DNA of 18,749 bases from Armatimonadia bacterium (GTDB taxonomy: Bacteria > Armatimonadota > Zipacnadia > Zipacnadales > UBA11051): the NCBI GenBank assembly GCA_039683575.1, contig JBDKRC010000299.1, forward strand, positions 1 through 18,749, given 5' to 3'. A program made the translations under genes and the position numbers. The notes under the pieces were generated by a model. The model was given only the letters and a program-made list of their open reading frames with translations. It did not search any database and was not told where the DNA came from. Shown here one piece after another: positions 1 through 6,471 of this stretch. The stretch's first letter is position 1. The number at the start of each line of letters is the position of its first letter.

Positions 1-32
1 TGAAGATTCTGAAACATTATATAAATGCAGTT

Positions 33-1133
33 GTGACCGTGTCAACAAAAGAACATGGTTTGCAGAGCCTTTGTTCCCAACGGACTCAGGGACTGAGCGG
101 CCCTCGCGCGGCTCTGTCACGGCTCACGGTCGCGGTTGCGCTCGTGTCGTTGACGCAGGCGCCGGGATGGACGGCCCGACTGGTGGCGTTGCGGCCACCA
201 CTACCTACTGGAGCAGTGGCCCTGACGGCTCAGCAGACGATGCTGGTGGAGGAAGCGAGGGGGGCAGTCAAGTTGCCCATTCGGGTGGACGAGGTGGTGC
301 AGGTGGGCAGCGGCCTGTATGGGTTCGCGGGCGCCGTCGCCTATGAGATGGACCTGGAGGGGCAGGTGCGACGGCTGGCGGCTTTGGCTGAGCCGGTGCG
401 GAGAGCGGAGGCGCTGGATGAGCGGCGGGCGCTACTGGTGGTGGGTGGGCACTACGAGGGCCGGCGACTGCTGGAGGCGGGTGTGGCGGTGTGGGAGCCG
501 GAGAGCATGTCGCTGACGCCGGCAGAGGCAGTCTTCCGTCGGTACAATCCCCTCAGGGCAAGCCTGGGAGCGCCGCGCGAGCGGCAGTGGGCGCTTATCA
601 TGGTCGAAAAGACCGCAGTGTTTGATCCGGCGCTGCGGCTGCGGCCGTTTCTGTATGTGCTGCGGGGAGAGAAGCTGGCCTCGCTGTGGAAGGGAACGAG
701 CTTCGCGAGACCCTTCACTGACGCGGTGGTGGCTAATGTGCTGGCGGGGAAGGCGGAGGAGATGTGTGCCCTGGAGGATCTGCCGGGTGCCCGGCGGAGG
801 CTGGGATTGTACCATTGGACGGGCGCGATGGCGGAACTGGTCGGGATGAGTGCAGCGGGGAGTATGGGCAGCAGCATCAGGAAAGCGCGGTGGGGGACAC
901 TGGAGGGGTTGGTGGTGTTTGAGAAGCGAGCGGGGAGTAGGCGGGCAGTGCTTTGGGCGGAGGGGAACACCCGGACCGAGGAGGGTGTCTGTATGCTTCA
1001 AGTGGCGGCGACGACGGCGTGGCTGCCGCGGGAGCCCCTGGCCTGGGCCGTGACGGAGGGCGCAGCGGGGCCCGTCCTGGTGGTGCTTGAGCCCTGTGGT
1101 CGGATCCGTGTTGAACCTTTCGCAATGAAGTAG
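33..1133 (+). CDS. Hypothetical, probably exported protein; start codon uncertain
   Basis: 366-aa ORF with a G-rich coding strand and a hydrophobic segment near the N-terminus (RLTVAVALVSLTQAPGWTA). The central segment VEKTAVFDPALRLRPFLY...LWKGTSFARPFTD...EEMCALE resembles, from memory, an uncharacterised FG-GAP-like family of Firmicutes proteins. Confidence 0.65.
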   Translation: MTVSTKEHGLQSLCSQRTQGLSGPRAALSRLTVAVALVSLTQAPGWTARLVALRPPLPTGAVALTAQQTMLVEEARGAVKLPIRVDEVVQVGSGLYGFAGAVAYEMDLEGQVRRLAALAEPVRRAEALDERRALLVVGGHYEGRRLLEAGVAVWEPESMSLTPAEAVFRRYNPLRASLGAPRERQWALIMVEKTAVFDPALRLRPFLYVLRGEKLASLWKGTSFARPFTDAVVANVLAGKAEEMCALEDLPGARRRLGLYHWTGAMAELVGMSAAGSMGSSIRKARWGTLEGLVVFEKRAGSRRAVLWAEGNTRTEEGVCMLQVAATTAWLPREPLAWAVTEGAAGPVLVVLEPCGRIRVEPFAMK

Positions 1134-1137
1134 GATA

Positions 1138-1166
1138 TTGTTTTGCGTGCGCTATTGGCGTACGAT
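1138..1166 (+). promoter_or_regulatory. Candidate sigma70 promoter for the small lipoprotein gene
   Basis: TTGTTT (1138-1143), 17-nt spacer, TACGAT (1161-1166), in an AT-richer intergenic gap about 30 nt before the ATG at 1198. Confidence 0.35.
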
Positions 1167-1197
1167 GTACCGGAGAACCGTTGCCCGGAGGTACCTG

Positions 1198-1443
1198 ATG
1201 AAGATGCGGTATGCACTGATTCTTGTCGTCATCATTCTCGCGATGATTGTACTCACGTCCTGTGGGGGCGGTGGTGGTGGCAGTCTGACGGGTGGCGGCG
1301 GAACGAACCCTCCAAGCGGTGGCACCGGTCAACCGCCCATCTACGACGGTGGAGGCGGTACTGGTGGCGGTGGCGGTGGAACCGGTGGGGGAGGGGGCAC
1401 AGGTGGCGGCGGTACCGATGTTCCGCCACCTCCGCCGGTCTAG
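1198..1443 (+). CDS. Small glycine-rich lipoprotein (81 aa)
   Basis: GGAGG RBS at 1187-1191 and ATG at 1198. Signal peptide MKMRYALILVVIILAMIV with lipobox LTSC, then a Gly/Thr-rich body and C-terminal DVPPPPPV. Followed by an intrinsic terminator. Confidence 0.85.
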   Translation: MKMRYALILVVIILAMIVLTSCGGGGGGSLTGGGGTNPPSGGTGQPPIYDGGGGTGGGGGGTGGGGGTGGGGTDVPPPPPV

Positions 1444-1465
1444 AATGGCACTTCGCCTGGTTGTG

Positions 1466-1497
1466 AGGGCGTCTCCGTATCGGAGGCGCCCTTTTTC
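1466..1497 (+). terminator. Rho-independent terminator
   Basis: 12-bp stem AGGGCGTCTCCG / CGGAGGCGCCCT (one G-U pair), loop TAT, followed by TTTTCT. Confidence 0.85.
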
Positions 1498-1583
1498 TGT
1501 GCGTAGGGAGGTAAGTGCGCGCCGAAGAGGAATCCGTCCGGAGAACTCTGGCGGTGGGGCCGAATGTCTGGAGGGCTGAGAAG

Positions 1584-2885
1584 ATGGCTGAGAAACTGAA
1601 TGTCAGCAAGTCAATGGAATTGTGGACGCGGGCCGAGCAGGTGATCAGCGGAGGGTCGCAGACTGCCTCCAAGCGCGCGACGGCCTATGCACTGGGCGCT
1701 TTCCCCGCCTACGCCGAGCGTTCGAAGGGCTGCCGAATCTGGGATGTCGATGGCAACGAGTACATCGACTACCTGCTGGCGCTTGGGCCCATCACGCTCG
1801 GGTACTGCTACGACGCAGTCGATGAGGCGATCAAGGAGCAGCTTGGAAAAGGGATCATCTGGGGGTTGCTCAGCCCGCTCGAGGTGGAATGCGCGGAGCG
1901 GATGATCGAGATGGTGCCCTGCTGTGAGATGGTGCGGTTCCTCAAAGGCGGTTCGGAAGTCACCAGCGCCGCGGCGCGGATTGCGCGGGCCTTCACGAAG
2001 AAAGAGGTCATCCTCAACAGCGGCTACCGGGGCTGGGGCGATACGTGGTCGGCGCAGGTCGAGCCGCCGGGGGGGCGAGGCGTGCCGGAGTGTCTGCGCG
2101 GGCTGGTGAAATCATACCCGCGAGACGACCTGAACGTGTTAGAGGACCTGCTGAAGCGGTATGAGGGCAAAGTTGCGGCGGTGTTTGTCGATGAGGCGGG
2201 CGGAAGCGAGGCACCTCGGGAGGTTGTGAAGGGGCGGCGTGAGCTTTGCGACAAGTACGGCGTGCTGCTCGTCTACGATGAGATCGTCAGCGGCTTCCGC
2301 ATGGCTCCTGGCGGTGCGCAGGAGTACTACGGCGTCACGCCCGACATGGCGTGCTTTGCCAAGGGGATAGCCAACGGCATGCCGCTGGCCGCGGTGTGTG
2401 GACGCAAGGATATCATGGAGTTCGGCAAGGACCTGCTTATAAGCGTGACCTACGGCGGCGAGGCGCTGTCGCTGGCGGCGGCCGTGGCCTGTATGAAGGA
2501 ATACCGCGCCAAGCCCGTGCACGAGACGATTCGCGCGCAGGGACAGAAGATCGTGGATGGTCTGAACGCAGTCGGCGAGAAGAACGGCGTGCCCTTTACC
2601 GCCGGCGGGCCGGTCATGATGAGCTCACAGGCCTTCAAGTACGAGGACGCTGCGGTGAACTTTGACTGCTGGACGCTGATGCTGCAGGAGATGGCCAAGC
2701 GCGGCGTGCTGGTCAGGCGCGGCGGGCTGATGTTCGTGACCTACAGCCATGACGACGCGGCGGTGGCGCAGACGGTACAGGCGGCAGACGCGTCGCTGGC
2801 GGTCATTCGCGAGGCGACTGACCGTGGCAAGGTCAAAGAGTATTTGAACGCAGGAGAAGTGCAGGAGAGCTTCAGGCGCTTCTGA
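1584..2885 (+). CDS. Class III PLP-dependent aminotransferase (GSA-aminomutase-like fold, probably not HemL)
   Basis: Motifs GCRIWDVDGNEYIDY, LLVYDEIVSGFR, PDMACFAKGIANGMPL (PLP lysine) and TYGGE. GGAGG RBS precedes the ATG at 1584, which is preferred over GTG 1515. Confidence 0.9.
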   Translation: MAEKLNVSKSMELWTRAEQVISGGSQTASKRATAYALGAFPAYAERSKGCRIWDVDGNEYIDYLLALGPITLGYCYDAVDEAIKEQLGKGIIWGLLSPLEVECAERMIEMVPCCEMVRFLKGGSEVTSAAARIARAFTKKEVILNSGYRGWGDTWSAQVEPPGGRGVPECLRGLVKSYPRDDLNVLEDLLKRYEGKVAAVFVDEAGGSEAPREVVKGRRELCDKYGVLLVYDEIVSGFRMAPGGAQEYYGVTPDMACFAKGIANGMPLAAVCGRKDIMEFGKDLLISVTYGGEALSLAAAVACMKEYRAKPVHETIRAQGQKIVDGLNAVGEKNGVPFTAGGPVMMSSQAFKYEDAAVNFDCWTLMLQEMAKRGVLVRRGGLMFVTYSHDDAAVAQTVQAADASLAVIREATDRGKVKEYLNAGEVQESFRRF

Positions 2886-2907
2886 GGCTCTGCATTCGTG
2901 TATACCC

Positions 2908-2963
2908 ACAGTAGGGCGGGCGGTTCGCCCGCGATGGGCAGGCGAGGCCGCCTGCCCTACTGT
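2908..2963. repeat. GTAG-type REP doublet (REPIN-like inverted pair)
   Basis: Left arm ACAGTAGGGCGGGCGGTTCGCCCGC; right arm read as reverse complement ACAGTAGGGCAGGCGGCCTCGCCTGC. Each arm has an internal hairpin after GTAGG. Intergenic location. Confidence 0.75.
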
Positions 2964-2989
2964 AGTCCAGGCTGGATGAAGACACCACG

Positions 2990-3955
2990 ATGAACTACGC
3001 ACTTGGCATCGACGGCGGGGGATCGAAGACCGACGCCGTGCTGGTGGATACCAGCGGCAACATGGCCGGCTGGGGCCGCGGCGGGTCAGTGCACTGCTAC
3101 TACAACACGCCGGAAGAGATTCAGGCCTCGTACCGGCAGGCGATTGAGCAGGCGCTGGGGGACTTGCAGCCGGAGGCGATCTGCCTGGGCGGGCTCAGCT
3201 CGAAGAGCCCGGCACTCGACTTGGTCCGGGAGCGCTGCACGATCAGTGGTCATGTCCACTGCGGGGAGATCGAGACAGCTTTCGCGTCGGTGCAGACCGA
3301 CTGGGGGATGATCATACTCTCCGGCACCGGCTCCTTTGCCTATGGACTGACCCGTGAGGGCAAAACGCGGCACTTCGGCGGTATGGGCCCCATCCTGGGC
3401 GACTATGGCAGTGCCTACCAGATTGGGCTCTACGGCCTGCGGGCGGCGTTCTCGTCGCACTGGACGCCCAATCGCGCGACGACGCTGGAGACCGAGGTGC
3501 CGAAGGTCTACGACCTGCCCGACCTGCGGGCCGTTTTCAACAAGACATACGGCCCCGGACTGTCGCGCCGTGAGATTGCGTCGGTGGCGCGGGTTGTGGA
3601 CGAACAGGCTGAGGCGGGGGACAGGGTGGCAATTGGCTGCATTGAGGGCGCGGCAGATGAGCTGGCGGCCCTGGCGCTGGACGTGATCAGCGAACTGCAA
3701 CTGCAGGACCTTGCGTTCCCGATGATCGCCATCGGCAGTGTGGCCCAGCAATCGCGGCTGTGGTGGGAGCGGCTGTGTGAGCGCGTCCGCGAGGCAGCGC
3801 CGCAGGTACAGCCGATCGTCCCGCGCGTACGCCCGGCAGTGGGGGCGGCACTCCTGGCGCTACGGGAGATGGGCGTGGAGTGGACGGAGGAGTTGGTGGA
3901 GAGGATTGTGGCGACGCAGGGGGAGTTTCTGAAGGCAGTCGAGGCATCCCATTGA
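2990..3955 (+). CDS. BadF/BadG/BcrA/BcrD-family ATPase, N-acetylglucosamine-kinase-like sugar kinase
   Basis: N-terminal phosphate loop LGIDGGGSKT, IILSGTGSFAYG, GGMGPILGDYGSAYQIG and C-terminal PAVGAALLA. Confidence 0.9.
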   Translation: MNYALGIDGGGSKTDAVLVDTSGNMAGWGRGGSVHCYYNTPEEIQASYRQAIEQALGDLQPEAICLGGLSSKSPALDLVRERCTISGHVHCGEIETAFASVQTDWGMIILSGTGSFAYGLTREGKTRHFGGMGPILGDYGSAYQIGLYGLRAAFSSHWTPNRATTLETEVPKVYDLPDLRAVFNKTYGPGLSRREIASVARVVDEQAEAGDRVAIGCIEGAADELAALALDVISELQLQDLAFPMIAIGSVAQQSRLWWERLCERVREAAPQVQPIVPRVRPAVGAALLALREMGVEWTEELVERIVATQGEFLKAVEASH

Positions 3956-3986
3956 GGTCATCATACCGAGAATCGGAGATTGAGTT

Positions 3987-4727
3987 ATGCTAGCCCAACG
4001 GTATCTAGATCGCGTTCGCCAGATGCTTGAGGAGATTGAGCGGACGGAACTACCCAAGATCGAGCAGGCCGGGCAGATGGTTGCCGACAGTCTGGCCTCT
4101 GGCGGCGCGTTCTTCATCACGCAGATCGGCCATGGCACCATGCCCGAGCTGTTGCACCGTGGTGGCGGGTTGGTGTGCCTGCGGGGCTTTCACCCCACCT
4201 GGAATCTTCCGAGCGATGTGGCCCAATGTCGCAAGAACCGCCCGCGCACCGAAGAGGTCGTCGCGCAGGATGAGATGATGCGGGCTGCGGTGAAGTCGAG
4301 CGAGCTTCGCGCGGGCGATTGTGTGCTTGTCGGGTCGGTATCGGGCCGCACCTCCTCGGCGGTGGCGCTGTCGCTGGCGCTCAAGGAAGCCGGGGCCACC
4401 GTCATCGCTCTCGTCGCGCTTGATTACGCTCGCGAGGTTTCGTCCGCCCATCCTTCGGGTAAGCTGCTCAACGATGTTGCGGACCTTGTCATAGACATCC
4501 GGGTGCCCTACGGCGACGGGTCGCTGGACGTCGAGGGGCTGGAGGCACCGGCGCTGCCGCTCTCGGGCGTGTCTCAGGCCACCATCTGCTGGATGGTGTG
4601 CGGGGCCGTCATCGACGAGATGTTGGAGAAGGGGCTGACGCCGGGCGTATACATGAGCGCCAACCGCGAGGGCGGGCCTGAGTTCAATCAGAAGCTGGCG
4701 GAGCAATTCAACGAGCTTGGGTACTGA
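3987..4727 (+). CDS. SIS-domain (sugar isomerase) protein, divergent UPF0309-like
   Basis: GDCVLVGSVSGRT, SAHPSGKLLNDVADLVID, PYGDG and VYMSANREGG match UPF0309 SIS_2 motifs. GGAG RBS upstream. Confidence 0.85.
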   Translation: MLAQRYLDRVRQMLEEIERTELPKIEQAGQMVADSLASGGAFFITQIGHGTMPELLHRGGGLVCLRGFHPTWNLPSDVAQCRKNRPRTEEVVAQDEMMRAAVKSSELRAGDCVLVGSVSGRTSSAVALSLALKEAGATVIALVALDYAREVSSAHPSGKLLNDVADLVIDIRVPYGDGSLDVEGLEAPALPLSGVSQATICWMVCGAVIDEMLEKGLTPGVYMSANREGGPEFNQKLAEQFNELGY

Positions 4728-4772
4728 CGTATTGCAGCGCGGGGCTCGTACCCATTGGCGCTAACCCAGACC

Positions 4773-4834
4773 AGTAAGGCGGGCGGCTCGCCCGCCCTGT
4801 GGTGCCTACCGGCGGGCGAGCCGCCCGCCTTACT
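4773..4834. repeat. REP doublet: perfect 24-bp inverted repeat, same family as 2908-2963
   Basis: AGTAAGGCGGGCGGCTCGCCCGCC (4773-4796), 14-nt spacer, exact reverse complement (4811-4834). Confidence 0.8.
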
Positions 4835-4860
4835 AGTGGAATTGGGACCTAAGTTAGCGC

Positions 4861-4905
4861 GTAGGGATACGAGCGCCCTGCGACGCGGACGTCGCTCAGC
4901 CCTAC
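4861..4905. repeat. Degenerate REP-like element bounded by GTAGGG...CCCTAC
   Basis: Starts with GTAGGG and ends with CCCTAC; internal hairpin GCGACG-CGGA-CGTCGC at 4880-4895. Confidence 0.45.
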
Positions 4906-4928
4906 AGCCGCACCAGGAGATACCTCGC

Positions 4929-5666
4929 ATGTCCGCTGAACGATATTTTGACGCTGTAGAAGCCGGGCTGAAGAAACTGCGCGAGACGCAGCTTGGGGGG
5001 ATCAAACAGGCTGCGCAGACGCTTGTGGACGCCATCACTGGCGGGCGGCGCATCTTTGCCTTCGGTGCCACCCACAGCTTCATCCTGCCCATGGAGATGA
5101 TCTACCGGACCGGCGGGCTGATGCTCGTGAACCCGATCTACCCGCACGGTATGGACCTGTCGGTACGGCCGATGACGCTCACCTCGCAACTGGAGCGGGT
5201 CGAGGGCCTCGGCCGGACGCTGCTTGAAGGGACACCAGCGGCAGAGGGAGACGTCCTGATCATCGCCTCGGCCTCGGGCCGCAACCCGATCGTCATCGAC
5301 ATGGCGCTGGCGGCACGTGAGATGGGGCTGTCGACAATTGCCGTCATTGCGCTGGAGTATGCACAGAACTCGACGAGTCGGCATTCGTCCGGCAGACTGC
5401 TGCACGAATTGTGCGATCAGGTCCTCGATGAGTGTGCCCCTGCGGGTGATGCGGCCGTGGAGATACCGGGCCTGGCGCAGAAGACGGGGCCCCTCTCGAC
5501 CGTGCTGGGCTGCACGGTGGTCAATGCGCTGGTGTGCGAGGTGCTGGCGCTGCTGGTGGAGGCGGGGGAGACGCCGCCAGTGTTCCTGAGCGCCAACCTC
5601 CCTGGCGGAGATGAGCACAATGCCCGGGTGCTCAGGGAGAACCGGGAGCGGATTACGTATTTGTAG
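4929..5666 (+). CDS. SIS-domain protein, UPF0309 / NagS (SCO4393)-like
   Basis: AGGAGA RBS then ATG 4929; the upstream extension of the listed ORF runs through REP DNA. Motifs FAFGATHS...EMIYRTGGL, TSQLER, ASASGRN, SRHSSGRLL, GDAA and VFLSANLPGGD. Confidence 0.9.
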   Translation: MSAERYFDAVEAGLKKLRETQLGGIKQAAQTLVDAITGGRRIFAFGATHSFILPMEMIYRTGGLMLVNPIYPHGMDLSVRPMTLTSQLERVEGLGRTLLEGTPAAEGDVLIIASASGRNPIVIDMALAAREMGLSTIAVIALEYAQNSTSRHSSGRLLHELCDQVLDECAPAGDAAVEIPGLAQKTGPLSTVLGCTVVNALVCEVLALLVEAGETPPVFLSANLPGGDEHNARVLRENRERITYL

Positions 5667-5697
5667 GCCGGAAAGCGGCGTTGTTGCGGCGGTTTCC

Positions 5698-5726
5698 TTG
5701 ACAGCTAAAGTAACGTTGACTATAAT
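5698..5726 (+). promoter_or_regulatory. Perfect-consensus sigma70/sigmaA promoter
   Basis: TTGACA (5698-5703), exactly 17 nt, TATAAT (5721-5726). Predicted transcription start around 5732-5733. Confidence 0.92.
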
Positions 5727-5731
5727 CCCAA

Positions 5732-5830
5732 GGACGCGGGCAGCCGTCGGGTTGCCTTCGTTCATTGCTGCGAGTGATTGCGCACCTGTGCGGCGATTCC
5801 CTCGACGAATTCACATCGCAAGGCGGTTTG
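5732..5830 (+). promoter_or_regulatory. Putative structured 5' UTR of the S1-domain gene
   Basis: Hairpin 5732-5763 plus a larger stem pairing 5765-5779 with 5808-5826, which overlaps the AAGGCGG SD-like sequence. Folded by eye. Confidence 0.4.
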
Positions 5831-5834
5831 TTAA

Positions 5835-6272
5835 ATGGCTGTAGAGCCCGGAGCTATCCTTGATGGCACGGTAGTAAAGCTGCTGAAGTACGGCGTTATC
5901 GTGTCGCTGCCGGACAACATGTCGGGTCTGATCCACATCTCTGAGATCGCCGACCAGTACGTCCATGAAGTCAGCGATTACTTCCGCGAGGGAGACACGG
6001 TCAAGGTGAAGATCCTCGGCCGTCGCGACGAGGGCCGGTATGAGCTCTCGGCCAAGCAGGCCGAGGCGCGCAAGCCCCTTGAGGGCATCCCGCAGCGCTC
6101 GGCACCGCCCGCCCGGCAGTTCAGTGGCGGCGGCGACCGTGGCGACCGCGGAGATCGCGATCGCGGCAGCATGTCCTTTGAGGAGCGTCTGACGGACTTC
6201 CTCAAGGAAAGCAATCGCAAGCAGAACGAGCTAAAACGAGACCGCGACGGGCGGCGGCGCGGCCGCAAATAG
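5835..6272 (+). CDS. S1 RNA-binding domain protein, YabR/GSP13-like
   Basis: S1 domain (GTVVKLLKYGVIV...SGLIHISEIADQYV...GDTVKVKIL...ELSAKQ). C-terminal SFEERLTDFLKESNRKQNELKR...GRRRGRK is typical of B. subtilis YabR-like proteins. Confidence 0.9.
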   Translation: MAVEPGAILDGTVVKLLKYGVIVSLPDNMSGLIHISEIADQYVHEVSDYFREGDTVKVKILGRRDEGRYELSAKQAEARKPLEGIPQRSAPPARQFSGGGDRGDRGDRDRGSMSFEERLTDFLKESNRKQNELKRDRDGRRRGRK

Positions 6273-6471
6273 ACGTTCCGTCGGTATCCCGCAGTAGCTG
6301 CGCGGACAGGCGGTGCGGTGGCTGGCAGTGCCGGGCGGTGGTACTCGCATGGCAGAACGTGAGCGATCATTAAGATCGCCGGAGGTTGCACGCCTGGGAG
6401 TGGGCACTCCGCAATTTGCTGTTTCCCCCCATCACCGCCAGTCTACCCGCGGAGCCTAAGGGAGTAAGTAG

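Noticed and set aside
1-32. AT-rich promoter-like stretch at the window start
   Set aside because: The -35 region is cut off by the window edge, so orientation and boxes cannot be assigned.
1198-1443. RiPP or bacteriocin precursor
   Set aside because: It has a clear lipoprotein signal peptide and lipobox, and no modifying enzymes or transporter are adjacent.
1446-1461. Sigma54 promoter (TGGCAC...)
   Set aside because: The -12 position reads GG rather than GC, and the site lies just upstream of a terminator.
1584-2885. hemL (glutamate-1-semialdehyde aminomutase) gene symbol
   Set aside because: Lacks HemL-typical GGVNSPVR, YHGH.D and QAGT.SGNP motifs, and no hem genes are nearby.
4755-4928. 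N-terminal extension of the SIS-2 ORF
   Set aside because: It translates REP palindromes; there is a good RBS directly before ATG 4929.
6131-6167. Short GGCGACCGY tandem repeat
   Set aside because: Explained by the GDRGDRGDRDR low-complexity linker of the S1 protein.
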